DNA from: Alphaproteobacteria bacterium
GTDB lineage: Bacteria > Pseudomonadota > Alphaproteobacteria > UBA2966
DNA length: 64,000 bases
Assembly: GCA_964291395.2 (NCBI GenBank)
Contig: OZ219858.1
Coordinates: 896,001-960,000, forward strand
Direction: 5' to 3'
In this document: positions 22,385-31,966 of the stretch, in pieces
How the letters are laid out: every line of letters begins with the position of its first letter
How positions within the stretch are numbered: the stretch's first letter is position 1
Notes under the pieces: generated by a model
What the model saw: only the letters and a program-made list of their open reading frames with translations
What the model was told of the DNA's origin: nothing
Database searches by the model: none
Position numbers and translations under genes: made by a program

Positions 22385-23398
22385 ATGCCCCGTTCGACAT
22401 CCCAAATAACCGGGGGTTCGCCCACGCCGGTATGCTGGGTCGTGACCGAGGGCGCCATCGGCATGGAAAATCAAGCGCTCGGATTGGCGGAGGCCATCGG
22501 TTTGCCCACCGTCATCAAGCGGGTGATGGTTCGTGCGCCGTGGATCCACCTCCCGGCCCAACTCTGGCCGCGTCCATTGAGCTTGATTGCCGAGGGCAGC
22601 GACCGGCTGGACGGACCCTGGCCTCGCCTGTTGATCACCTGTGGGCGGCGCAGTGTTCCCTTCAGCATGGCGATCCGACATGCCAGCGGCGGCGACTGTT
22701 TCACGGTCCATGTCCAAGACCCCAAAGTGCGCTTGAGCAACTTCGACCTCGTCGTGCCGCCCCGGCACGACGGGTTGTCCGGTCCCAACGTCATCGCGTC
22801 ACGCGGCGCACTCAACCGGGTGACCCCGCAGAAACTCGCTGAAGGGGTTCGGCGTCTCGCGCCACAGATAGCGGCGTTGCCTCACCCTGTGGTCGCGGTA
22901 CTGCTGGGTGGTACCAGTAACGGCTTCCGGTTGACTCCCGTCCGGACCAGCCGTCTTGCCGATCAACTGCTCGAATTGGTGCAGTCGACTGGCGCGGGCC
23001 TGGCCGTCACGCCATCACGGCGAACGGGTGAGGAAAACATCGCCGAACTTCGTCGGAAACTCTCAGGCAGCGGGGTTTTTCTCTGGAACGGCACGGGTCC
23101 AAACCCTTATTTCGGGCTTCTCGGTCTGGCGGATGCCATCGCGGTGACCTGCGACTCCGTCAGCATGGTGTCCGAGGCGGTCACCACGGGAAAGCCGACT
23201 TATGTGATCGATCTCGACGGCGGTTCGCGGCGCCTTCGCAGGTTTCATGACTCCTTGCGCGCCGACGGTGTCACCCGGCCCTTCGACGGAGGCCTGGAGC
23301 AATGGGTTTACGCGCCCCTGGATGACACCACGACGGTTGCCGCAGCCGTTCGCCAGAGACTAGGATTGGCCGTGCAGGAGCCCACCGAATGTCACTGA
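22385..23398 (+). CDS. Mitochondrial fission ELM1 family protein (DUF1022)
   Basis: WVVTEGAIGMENQALGLAEA, FDLVVPPRHD, TPSRRTG, NPYFGLL, VTCDSVSMVSEA; start is approximate. Confidence 0.88.
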   Translation: MPRSTSQITGGSPTPVCWVVTEGAIGMENQALGLAEAIGLPTVIKRVMVRAPWIHLPAQLWPRPLSLIAEGSDRLDGPWPRLLITCGRRSVPFSMAIRHASGGDCFTVHVQDPKVRLSNFDLVVPPRHDGLSGPNVIASRGALNRVTPQKLAEGVRRLAPQIAALPHPVVAVLLGGTSNGFRLTPVRTSRLADQLLELVQSTGAGLAVTPSRRTGEENIAELRRKLSGSGVFLWNGTGPNPYFGLLGLADAIAVTCDSVSMVSEAVTTGKPTYVIDLDGGSRRLRRFHDSLRADGVTRPFDGGLEQWVYAPLDDTTTVAAAVRQRLGLAVQEPTECH

Positions 23399-25323
23399 AC
23401 ATAGAGACGTTCAAGAACCAGGGTTGGCGCCCCGGTGGCAATTTCGGTGGCACGACCCTATTCAAGGCCCTCGGACATCCCCATGCCACGGAACGGGGGC
23501 AGGCGATGATTCAGCGACTGCGGCAGGCAGGTCCGGTCGCCGTCTACGATCCGTTGGGACAGGCCTCTGATTTTGAGGTGCTCTATTCGCTCGATGGCTG
23601 CAACGTTGTGGCCGCCTTCGTTCAGAACATCGACGAGGTCGGCACGAACGTGGCGGGTTGCGATGCCAGGCCGGTCACCGAGTTGCGAGGCTGTGCGGCG
23701 GCGACGCTTTTGATCGCCGCATTCGATGCGGACCGGCTCTTGGATCATATCCGTCATCTTTTGCCCGAGGGGATGAGCGTCGTCTCCCTCGACGAAATGC
23801 GCCTGCCCGAGGATTGGCTCAGCAATCGCCGCAAATATCTTGATCCCTTGAATTTTGCGACCAACTTCGCCTTTTTCCGTGACACGCAGGATCTGCACAC
23901 GTCCGTTCGTACCGCGAATTACTGGGCCGGATACGGCGCTCGGGATGTAGAGTTGTGGCTCTGCCTGTTCGACGAGTCCGGCTCCGTGTTGGCGAGTTGG
24001 AACGAACCGCTGACCGACGCGTGTTCCTCCATCACGATCGACAGCGCCGCAGTTCGGAGCCGGTTCGCTCTCGATGACTATTGCGGCTCTCTGTTCATTC
24101 ATGCGTTGCGCGTTCGCGGGCACGACGTCGTCAAGTACGCGCTGGACGTCCACGGGAATGACGCCGGCACGCTTTCTTGCACGCATGACGCCAATGCCTG
24201 GCCGGCGGATCTCTATGGCGGCACGCCGGCTCCGGACGAGGGTGAGCGCGTCGTGCTTTGGATTCAGAACAGCCACCCGCTCGCGATTCCCAGGGGCGGG
24301 GTCGGACTGAACGCCATGGGCTCACAGGATATCGCGTGGCTGGATCAGGAAATTCCTGCTTTCGGCACCCATGCACTCGATGTCGCCACTCTTCTTCCCG
24401 ATCTCCACTGGCCCGGCCAAATCGAAGTCCAGGCGGGGCGCTACTTCGTCCGGCCTCGATACGAGATCGAAGGCCCCGGCGGTCGGCGAAGGATCGCCCA
24501 CGCCAACGTCGAGCGCACCGATCTTGAGCCTGATCCACGAATTCCGGACCTTGCACCGCTCATGGGCAAGGGGTACATCCTGCCCTTTCCGGTATTGCCG
24601 GTGAGCGAATTCAGGAGCCTCGCTCTTCCGACGCCCATGGCGGCCACTCAGCGGGAGCTGCCCATCAAGTGCGCTCTGATGGACGCGGCCGGAGAGCGCG
24701 TCTCCGAGAAGTTTCTCGGACGCATCGCGCGGCGCGACAGCGTGGTCGTCGATGTCGACTCATGGATGCGGGATGAGGCCATTGACCTGCCGTCCGGCTA
24801 CGGGCACATCGAACTGCTCTATGACTTCAGGGACGGCGGCGAGGCGGACGGCTGGTTGCACGGCATCGGGCGCTACCGCCGCCGCGACAGCGAGTACGCG
24901 GCGGAAACGAGCTTCGGTGCTCACATCTTCAACACGCCCGTCGTGTATCGGGACGAACCGCAATCTTACGCGTCCAACCCTCCCGGATTGTCGACCCGCC
25001 TGTTTCTCAGGGTTGGTGGCCATGGTCTCCAGACCATGTGCCACCTCATCTACCCCGCCTCGCAGCCCTGGAAAGACTTTTCGGACACACAGTTCATCCT
25101 CCATGACGGAAACGGGGAAATCGTGGATACGGTCTCCGTCAAGATCCCTTGTAGCGGATCTCTGCACTGGCGCTACCACGAGACATTCGACGCGGATGCC
25201 GTGAGCCGCGCCGGCGACGGTGCCTACATTCTGGTCCGTGATGCGACATGCCGTCTTTTCGGTTATCACGGGCTGCTCTCGAACGACGACGCCTTTTGCC
25301 TCGACCATATGTTCGGTTTCTGA
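23389..25323 (+). CDS. Conserved hypothetical protein, 644 aa: N-terminal Rossmann-like domain plus four beta-rich repeats
   Basis: Long ORF with native codon style, AGGAG RBS, overlaps the ELM1 stop by 10 bp. Confidence 0.85.
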   Translation: MSLNIETFKNQGWRPGGNFGGTTLFKALGHPHATERGQAMIQRLRQAGPVAVYDPLGQASDFEVLYSLDGCNVVAAFVQNIDEVGTNVAGCDARPVTELRGCAAATLLIAAFDADRLLDHIRHLLPEGMSVVSLDEMRLPEDWLSNRRKYLDPLNFATNFAFFRDTQDLHTSVRTANYWAGYGARDVELWLCLFDESGSVLASWNEPLTDACSSITIDSAAVRSRFALDDYCGSLFIHALRVRGHDVVKYALDVHGNDAGTLSCTHDANAWPADLYGGTPAPDEGERVVLWIQNSHPLAIPRGGVGLNAMGSQDIAWLDQEIPAFGTHALDVATLLPDLHWPGQIEVQAGRYFVRPRYEIEGPGGRRRIAHANVERTDLEPDPRIPDLAPLMGKGYILPFPVLPVSEFRSLALPTPMAATQRELPIKCALMDAAGERVSEKFLGRIARRDSVVVDVDSWMRDEAIDLPSGYGHIELLYDFRDGGEADGWLHGIGRYRRRDSEYAAETSFGAHIFNTPVVYRDEPQSYASNPPGLSTRLFLRVGGHGLQTMCHLIYPASQPWKDFSDTQFILHDGNGEIVDTVSVKIPCSGSLHWRYHETFDADAVSRAGDGAYILVRDATCRLFGYHGLLSNDDAFCLDHMFGF

Positions 25324-25422
25324 CGGCGGTTCACGCCGCCGTGTCTTGCGCGACCGCCACCGGCTTCATAAATACGGGAGGCCGTCCTCGGCCACGAGAC
25401 GTTGCTGCATGAGGAGTGCCGT

Positions 25423-26391
25423 ATGAGCGAGCGCAAACATAGCCGAGTCCTGATCGTCGGGTCCGGCCCTGCAGGGTACACCGCCGCGATCTATGCAGCC
25501 CGGGCGAGCTTGGCGCCGATGGTGGTTCGCGGGTTGGAGCCCGGCGGGCAGATGACCATCACCACCGATGTGGAGAACTATCCGGGATTCTCCGAGATCA
25601 TCCAGGGACCCTGGCTCATGGAGCAGATGGCGGAACAGGCCCGTAGCGTCGATGCCGAACTGATCGATGACATGATCACGGAGATCGACCTCTCGTCCCG
25701 TCCCTTCAGCGCCAAAGGTGATTCCGGAAACGCCTACAGCGGCGATTCGGTGATTATTGCGACGGGCGCGCAGGCGCGCTGGCTTGGCCTGCCCAGCGAG
25801 GAGAGGTTCAAGGGCTTTGGCGTGTCCGCCTGCGCGACATGTGACGGATTCTTCTTCCGCCAGAAACAGGTCATCGTCGTGGGCGGCGGGAACACGGCGG
25901 TGGAGGAGGCGATCTATCTCACCAACCACGCCAGCAAGGTGACGCTGGTCCATCGCCGGGATGAGCTCAGAGCGGAGAAGATTCTCCAGAAGCGGCTGTT
26001 CGACAATGAGAAAATCGCAATCCTGTGGAACCACGTCCTCGAGGAAGTCCTAGGCGAGCAGGAGCCCCCGGGCGTGACCGGAGTCAGGCTCCGGCATGTC
26101 CGAACCAACGAGAGCCGGGAGATGGCCGTCGACGGCGTATTCATCGCCATCGGCCATACGCCCTCCACGGAATTGTTCCGGGGCCAGGTCGAGATGGACG
26201 ACGAGGGGTACATCGCGACGGCCGCAGATTCGACGGCAACGAACATCCCTGGCGTCTTCGCGGCCGGAGACGTTCAGGACAAGATATACCGCCAGGCTGT
26301 AACGGCCGCAGGCACCGGATGCATGGCCGCACTGGAAGCCGAAAAGTTCCTCGCGGAGCATGACGCCACGGCACGCAAGGCTGCGGAGTAA
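25423..26391 (+). CDS. trxB: Thioredoxin reductase
   Basis: [31 protein letters not shown]. Confidence 0.97.
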   Translation: MSERKHSRVLIVGSGPAGYTAAIYAARASLAPMVVRGLEPGGQMTITTDVENYPGFSEIIQGPWLMEQMAEQARSVDAELIDDMITEIDLSSRPFSAKGDSGNAYSGDSVIIATGAQARWLGLPSEERFKGFGVSACATCDGFFFRQKQVIVVGGGNTAVEEAIYLTNHASKVTLVHRRDELRAEKILQKRLFDNEKIAILWNHVLEEVLGEQEPPGVTGVRLRHVRTNESREMAVDGVFIAIGHTPSTELFRGQVEMDDEGYIATAADSTATNIPGVFAAGDVQDKIYRQAVTAAGTGCMAALEAEKFLAEHDATARKAAE

Positions 26392-26412
26392 GGGCGACCG
26401 CCGGGCCAGACC

Positions 26413-27306
26413 ATGGACTGGGACAAACTCAGGATATTCCACAGTGTCGCTGATGCGGGTAGCTTCACCCACGCGGGCGAAACGCTGAACCTCAGTCAAT
26501 CCGCCGTCAGCCGGCAGATCGGCGCGCTGGAGGAGAACCTCGGCGTCATGCTGTTCCATCGCCATGCGCGGGGACTCATCCTGACCGAGCAGGGCGAGAC
26601 GCTCTATCGCACCGCGCACGACGTGTCCGCGCGTTTGGCGATGACCGAAGCCATGATCACGGACGCCGCCGAAAAGCCCCGGGGCGAACTCAAGGTGACG
26701 ACGACCGTGGGGTTCGGCTCAACTTGGCTGACACCCCGAATTCGCGAGTTCACCGAACATTACCCGGATGTCACGCTCCACCTCATCCTCGATGATCGTG
26801 AACTCGACCTCGGTATGCGGGAGGCAGACATCGCGATCCGCATGCACGAGCCGGTTCAGGGTGATCTCGTGAAACGGAAGCTCGTCAGGGTGCATCGCCA
26901 TATCTATGCCTCGCCGGAATATCTCTCCCGCAACGGAACGCCCGCGACGATCGAGGATTTGGCAGATCACAAGCTCATCGTATATGGCGAGGAAGCCCCG
27001 ACGGTTCTGGCCGACGTGAACTGGCTTCTCACGCTAGGCGACAAGGGAAGCAAGAAGCGGCTAAATCCGACATTGAAGGTGAACAACATCTACGGCACGC
27101 TCCTCGCGGTCGAATCCGGCGTGGGTATCGCGGGACTGCCCGACTACATAGTTCAGGGTCACTCGCGGGTGACGCGGATCATTCCCGAGGTCGAGGGGCC
27201 GGCGTTCGACACCTTTTTCGTCTATCCCGAAGAACTTAGGCATTCGAAGCGAGTCGCCATTTTCCGCGACTTTCTTGTTCGAAAGGTTCAAGGGGAGCGA
27301 TTTTAG
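26413..27306 (+). CDS. lsrB: LysR-type regulator, LsrB/VtlR orthologue
   Basis: MDWDKLRIFH...GSFTHAG..LNLSQSAVSRQI; trxB-lysR synteny as in Sinorhizobium and Brucella. Confidence 0.85.
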   Translation: MDWDKLRIFHSVADAGSFTHAGETLNLSQSAVSRQIGALEENLGVMLFHRHARGLILTEQGETLYRTAHDVSARLAMTEAMITDAAEKPRGELKVTTTVGFGSTWLTPRIREFTEHYPDVTLHLILDDRELDLGMREADIAIRMHEPVQGDLVKRKLVRVHRHIYASPEYLSRNGTPATIEDLADHKLIVYGEEAPTVLADVNWLLTLGDKGSKKRLNPTLKVNNIYGTLLAVESGVGIAGLPDYIVQGHSRVTRIIPEVEGPAFDTFFVYPEELRHSKRVAIFRDFLVRKVQGERF

Positions 27307-27378
27307 AGTCTCAGTTTGGCTGGAACCGCTCCAGCGTTCCTTGTTGGTCAGGGCGGGGGACCTTCGGCCCGCTCCACA
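27304..27378 (+). repeat. Palindromic intergenic repeat, copy B (left arm degraded)
   Basis: TAG..CAGTTTGGCTGGAACCGCTCCAGCGTTCCTTGTTGGTCAGGGCGGGGGACCTTCGGCCCGCTCCACA. Confidence 0.6.
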
Positions 27379-27382
27379 AGCC

Positions 27383-27397
27383 ATGCAAAAAACGCAT
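27383..27397. promoter_or_regulatory. LysR recognition box (T-N11-A)
   Basis: ATGC-N7-GCAT palindrome about 65 bp upstream of the inferred sRNA start; CATATA -10-like element at 27443-48. Confidence 0.65.
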
Positions 27398-27454
27398 AGC
27401 TGGTCTGAACATTTGGGCCTACCGGCGCTCTTCCGTTACGACCATATATGACGG

Positions 27455-27605
27455 GACTGAGTATTGCGTCCGCAATACTCACGACGCTTCGAGCGCTTCG
27501 CTCGAAGCGGGTCGAATTTGGCCCCCCACATTCGACCGATCTACGTCTCCCAGACGTAATGCCTCCCTGTTACAGTTGCCGGGCCCAAGTGGCCCGGCTT
27601 TTTTT
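27455..27605 (+). ncRNA. Putative AbcR-like trans-acting sRNA
   Basis: Four hairpins with perfect stems, CUCCCA and CCUCCC motifs, Rho-independent terminator, located directly downstream of lsrB/vtlR; 5' end estimated. Confidence 0.7.
27578..27605 (+). terminator. Rho-independent terminator
   Basis: GCCGGGCC-CAAGT-GGCCCGGC followed by T7. Confidence 0.9.
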
Positions 27606-27644
27606 GTTTTACTTCCGCACGTCATGCGCTGATTGGAGACGTAG

Positions 27645-28265
27645 ATGAAGACTCTGGACTGGTATTTCGACTTTTTGTCGGGTTTCGCCTATCTGCAATT
27701 GAAGCAGCTGAAAGACCTGCCCGGCGATGTATCGATCTCTTACCATCCCATGCTGTTCGCAGGGTTGCTGCGGCACCACGAGACCAAGGGCCCGGCTCAG
27801 ATTCCGCGGAAGCGCGTATACACCTACCGCCATTGGATCTGGCAGGCGAAACAGGCGAACATCCCGTTCCGCATGCCGCCCAATCATCCGTTTCCGCCCT
27901 TGCCGCCGCTGCGCCTGGCCATCGCCCTCGAGAACGACGGTTCGGCGATCGAGACGATATTCGATCACATCTGGCAGCGAGGAGAGGACGTGGGCGACCC
28001 CCAGGGGTGGACCCGGTTGACGGACAGGCTGGGCATCGCCGATGCCGAGACGCTGATTGAAGATCAGGGGGTCAAGGACCAGCTCCGCGCGAACACGGAG
28101 GCCGCCGTCGAGCTCGGCCTTTTCGGCGTGCCGACGGCCATCGTCGACGACGAGCTCTTCTGGGGCCAGGACTCGACGTCGATGCTGTTCGCCTATCTCG
28201 AGGATCCGGAACTGTTTCAGGACGACGAGATGGTCAGGGCGGCGAACCTGCCGACGGGCATTTAG
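27645..28265 (+). CDS. 2-hydroxychromene-2-carboxylate isomerase / kappa-GST (DsbA-like)
   Basis: WYFDFLSGFAY, GLFGVPT, ELFWGQD. Confidence 0.9.
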   Translation: MKTLDWYFDFLSGFAYLQLKQLKDLPGDVSISYHPMLFAGLLRHHETKGPAQIPRKRVYTYRHWIWQAKQANIPFRMPPNHPFPPLPPLRLAIALENDGSAIETIFDHIWQRGEDVGDPQGWTRLTDRLGIADAETLIEDQGVKDQLRANTEAAVELGLFGVPTAIVDDELFWGQDSTSMLFAYLEDPELFQDDEMVRAANLPTGI

Positions 28266-28288
28266 AGCGGGGGGAGGTCTCGGCGACC

Positions 28289-28609
28289 GACGCTACATGA
28301 ACAGCCGTTTGCCTTCCATGCCGTCATACAGTTGGGCAACGAACTTGCCGTAACCGTTGTAAATCACCGTCGGAATTCTGTCGTTCGTCCCGAGCACGCG
28401 TTCCGTCGCTTGGCTCCATCGGGGGTGGGGAACTTCCGGATTGACATTCGCCCAGAAGCCATACTTCCACGGGGCCGCAAGCCGGAGCGGCGCGCCGTGC
28501 TGCTTTGCCAGCGGTTTGCCATAAGCGCCCGTTACCATGAACGCGAGATCGTGCCGCCTCGGCAATGGTCAGTCCTTCGAGATAGGGCCAGGGATACCAG
28601 AACTGCCGC
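28289..28609 (-). pseudogene. msrP: Displaced, decayed copy of the msrP 3' end (direct repeat of 37343-37755)
   Basis: Near-identical to 37343-37755 except for a 90-bp deletion, a 2-bp frameshift and about 11 substitutions (by eye). Confidence 0.92.
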
Positions 28610-28745
28610 GGATGCGGACCCGTCAGGCCCGGCGCTCCGCCGCTATCCGCGGCCTGACCCAGCTGCCGACCCCGGCCGCCGCTTCCTCGGCGCGTTGGCG
28701 GGACGGCCCGGCAAGAGGCCCTGAACGTTCGGTCCTTGATCGATC

Positions 28746-29507
28746 CTATGAAGGCCCGGCCGAATCGTGGAGCGCGATCGCGGACCCCACCCTTGAGGCG
28801 AGCTGCATGAGGTGCACGCCCACCCGGGCGCGATGTGCGCCCGTGAACCTGCGAATGGGCCCGATCGCGCCGACGCTGAACATGGCCCCGAGGTCGCCGG
28901 TCTGTACCGGCGCGGCCACGCTCGCTACGCCGACCTCGATCTCTTCGACGCATTCCGCGTATCCCCGCGTGCGAATGCCCGCGAATTCCGCCCGCAGCTC
29001 GTCGCGCGTGATCTTCGTCCGCGCCGTGTAGGCCTTGAGCGGGCCGTCGAGAATCTCCTCGCGAAAATCCTCCTCCGCGAATGCCGCAATCGCCTTGGAG
29101 CACGAACAGGCATGCATCGGGCGATGGCCGAGGCCCGGATGGATGTAGGCCCGCGCCGGATCGGCCGGCGTCTCTACGTGAATGATCTCGACGTTCCTGT
29201 TCCGCAGCCGGGACAGGAAGACGGCTTCGCCGAAATCCATGGCGGCATCCTTCAGCGTCGGCGCGACCGCATTACGCACGTCGGCGTCCGGTCTGCCGAG
29301 CAGGGCGATCCGGATCAGCCGCCCGCCGATCAGATACCGGGACGTCCCCTCGGGATCGTCCAGCAGGCGGTGATCCGCCAGGGTCTGCAGCAGCCGATAG
29401 CAGGTCGGGCGCGGCAAGCCGGTCGCCCGCTGAAGCTCCGGCGCGGAGAGCGGCCGCCCGGCGACGGCGACCGTCTCGAGCACGGATACGACCCGGTCTA
29501 GATGCAT
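28746..29507 (-). CDS. IclR family transcriptional regulator
   Basis: HTH GLPRPTCYRLLQTL, HACSCSKAIAA, IRTRGYA...EEIEVGVASVAAP. Confidence 0.93.
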   Translation of the reverse strand: MHLDRVVSVLETVAVAGRPLSAPELQRATGLPRPTCYRLLQTLADHRLLDDPEGTSRYLIGGRLIRIALLGRPDADVRNAVAPTLKDAAMDFGEAVFLSRLRNRNVEIIHVETPADPARAYIHPGLGHRPMHACSCSKAIAAFAEEDFREEILDGPLKAYTARTKITRDELRAEFAGIRTRGYAECVEEIEVGVASVAAPVQTGDLGAMFSVGAIGPIRRFTGAHRARVGVHLMQLASRVGSAIALHDSAGPS

Positions 29508-29526
29508 GATCGTCTCATTCTACGGA

Positions 29527-29544
29527 CATTTATATCATGAAATG
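29527..29544. promoter_or_regulatory. Candidate IclR operator
   Basis: Imperfect palindrome CATTT-ATATCATG-AAATG in the divergent iclR/SBP56 intergenic region. Confidence 0.4.
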
Positions 29545-29636
29545 CTATTCAAGCCATGGGTTTTTCGCTAGACTCGGATCGTCCGGACAACTGCAACGTC
29601 CGCCTCGGGCGGACCGCGCATCGGGAGGGAGACGAC

Positions 29637-31001
29637 ATGACCGGGAACGGCGGTTCGGAGTGTTGCGGCCCCGGCTACGCCTCGCCCGAGGAGGCCATGA
29701 AGGCGCCGCGCGAGACGCTGCTCTACACGGTAGCGCTGTACATCGGCACCGGCATCCAGAAGCCAGACTATCTGGCCACCATCGACGCGGACCCAGAAAG
29801 CCCCACCTACTCGCAGGTCGTCAGCCGGCTGGAAATGCCCGGCATCGGCGACGAGCTCCATCATACGGGGTGGAATGCATGCTCCTCCTGCCATCACGAT
29901 CCCACGAAGGAGCGGCGCTACCTGATCGTGCCCGGCGTGCGCAGCTCCAACCTGCACATCGTGGATTGCGCGAGCGACCCGCGGCGCCCGCGGCTGCACA
30001 AGGTGATTGACGGCGCCGAGATCAAGCGGAAGACCGATCTTTCGGCGCCGCACACGGTGCATTGCCTGGGCTCCGACATCATCATTTCCATGCTGGGCGA
30101 CGCCGGGGGCGAGGCCCCCGGCGGCTATCTCCACCTCGACCAGGACTTCGAGATCGTGGGGCGTTGGGAGAACGGCCTCGGCGGCATGAAGTTCAATTAC
30201 GACTTCTGGTACCAGCCGCGCCACAACGTCATGGTCTCCAGCGAGTGGGCCGCGCCCAACACCTTCATGCCGGGCTTCGACCTCGAGGAGGTGGGCCACC
30301 TGAAGTACGGCCGCGAGCTTCACTTCTGGAACTTCAGGGAGAAGCGTGTCGAGAACACGATCTACCTGGGCGAGGACGGCCTGATCCCGCTGGAGGTCCG
30401 TTTCCATCACAACCCGGATTCGAGCCATGGCTTCGTCGGCGCGGCGCTCTCGTCGAACATCCTCCACTGGTACAAGAAGAACGACGAGTGGATCGTCGAG
30501 AAGATCATCGACGTGGAGAACGAGCGGCATCCGGACTGGCCGATCCCGATACCCGGCGTGATCAGCGTGATCCTGCTGTCGATGGACGATCGGTTTCTCT
30601 ACTTCTCGAACTGGCTTCACGGAGACTTGCGCCAGTACGACATCTCCGATCCCTCCGATCCCAGGCTCACCGGTCAAGTCTGGATGGGCGGCCTTCTCGG
30701 CAGAGCCCCGGAGGTGAACGGCCGCCGCATCACGGGCGGACCGCAGATGCTTCAGCTCTCGCTCGACGGGAGGCGTCTCTACGTGACCACTTCCCTGTTT
30801 TCGACCTGGGACAACCAGTTCTACCCGGGCATCCGCGAGAATGGCGGTTGCATGCTGATGGTCGACTGCGACACCGAGGGGGGCGGCATGTCGATCAATC
30901 CCGACTTCTTCGTCGACTTCGGCAAGGAGCCCCACGGGCCGGCGCGTTGCCACGAAACGCGCTATCCCGGCGGCGACTGCACCTCCGACATCTGGACATA
31001 G
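29637..31001 (+). CDS. Selenium-binding protein 56 / SELENBP1-type methanethiol oxidase, cytoplasmic
   Basis: CGPGYASP..AMKAPRE, DELHHTGWNACSSC, PHTVHC, YDFWYQPRHNVMVSSEW, GGPQMLQLSLDG, PGGDCTSDIW; no signal peptide; ATG after GGAGGGAG. Confidence 0.93.
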   Translation: MTGNGGSECCGPGYASPEEAMKAPRETLLYTVALYIGTGIQKPDYLATIDADPESPTYSQVVSRLEMPGIGDELHHTGWNACSSCHHDPTKERRYLIVPGVRSSNLHIVDCASDPRRPRLHKVIDGAEIKRKTDLSAPHTVHCLGSDIIISMLGDAGGEAPGGYLHLDQDFEIVGRWENGLGGMKFNYDFWYQPRHNVMVSSEWAAPNTFMPGFDLEEVGHLKYGRELHFWNFREKRVENTIYLGEDGLIPLEVRFHHNPDSSHGFVGAALSSNILHWYKKNDEWIVEKIIDVENERHPDWPIPIPGVISVILLSMDDRFLYFSNWLHGDLRQYDISDPSDPRLTGQVWMGGLLGRAPEVNGRRITGGPQMLQLSLDGRRLYVTTSLFSTWDNQFYPGIRENGGCMLMVDCDTEGGGMSINPDFFVDFGKEPHGPARCHETRYPGGDCTSDIWT

Positions 31002-31013
31002 GGCGCGGCGGCG

Positions 31014-31427
31014 ATGCCGGGAACCACGAAGCCGGGTGGCGGCGGGCCAGAGCGCTTCACTGTCACGCTAGCCAACCGCGGCGGGCGCTCCTACGCGGTC
31101 GACGGGAACAGGCCGCTGCTCGACGCTCTCGAACGGCGCGGTGAGTCCCTGCCCTACGGCTGCCGCTACGGCGGGTGCATCTCGTGCGCCGCCAAGCTGC
31201 TTGCAGGCGAGGTCGATCAGAGCGCGGGCGTCGCTCTCAACGGCCGCCAGCTGGCGCACGGCTACGTGTTGCTCTGCGTGGCGCAGCCCCGAAGCGATTG
31301 CACGCTCGACGTCGGGGTCGAAAGCCACGACAGGTTGTACCGCAACCCCTTCCAGAGCCCGCTCCGGCCGGACGAACTCAAGCCCGGCATCCTGACAAAG
31401 CCGACGACCGCGGAGGCTCCGCCATGA
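31014..31427 (+). CDS. Plant-type [2Fe-2S] ferredoxin
   Basis: PYGCRYGGCISC...LLCVA. Confidence 0.92.
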   Translation: MPGTTKPGGGGPERFTVTLANRGGRSYAVDGNRPLLDALERRGESLPYGCRYGGCISCAAKLLAGEVDQSAGVALNGRQLAHGYVLLCVAQPRSDCTLDVGVESHDRLYRNPFQSPLRPDELKPGILTKPTTAEAPP

Positions 31428-31873
31428 ATCACGATGAAGACTATCCGGCGGAATACTTGGCCGGAATCCTGAGCACGGTGAAAACCATCGCCATGGTCGG
31501 CGCGAGTGCCGACCCGACGAAATTCAGTTACGGCGTGCTGCGGGTCCTGCACGAAACGGGCTACGACATGATCCCCGTCAATCCCCGTGAGGCTGGCAAC
31601 AAGATCCGCGGCCTCGAATGCCGCGAATCCCTGTCCACGATCAGGCGGCCCGTCGACATGGTGCAGATCTTCCGGTCGTCCGAGGCGGCCTACGGCGTCA
31701 CCGAGGAGGCGATCGACATCGGCGCCAAGGTGGTCTGGATGCAGCTCGGCGTGCGCAATGACGCGGCGGCTCGCCTGGCGGAAGGGGCCGGCCTCAAGGT
31801 GGTGATGAACCGCTGCCCGAAGATCGAGCTGTTCCGCCCGTTCTGGACGCCCCGCCTCAACCGGAAGATATAG
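31424..31873 (+). CDS. CoA-binding domain protein (YccU-like)
   Basis: TIAMVGAS, IPVNP, VDMVQIFR, VWMQLG, VVMNRC; ATGA overlap with the ferredoxin stop. Confidence 0.9.
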   Translation: MNHDEDYPAEYLAGILSTVKTIAMVGASADPTKFSYGVLRVLHETGYDMIPVNPREAGNKIRGLECRESLSTIRRPVDMVQIFRSSEAAYGVTEEAIDIGAKVVWMQLGVRNDAAARLAEGAGLKVVMNRCPKIELFRPFWTPRLNRKI

Positions 31874-31966
31874 ACGGCGCCCGGCCAGAGGCCGTGTCAA
31901 TCGCTCCGGGCAGGCGCTAGAATCGTTGCACTGTTCCTCACAAGGTCCGGAGCAGGGAGGTTTTCT

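Noticed and set aside
27458-27598. Series of hairpins resembling a CRISPR array or attC sites
   Set aside because: The hairpins differ in sequence, there is no repeat-spacer periodicity, and there are no cas or intI genes.
27448-27648. 66-aa ORF in the lsrB downstream gap
   Set aside because: It runs through four hairpins and a strong terminator and has no clear RBS; the sRNA reading explains the region better.
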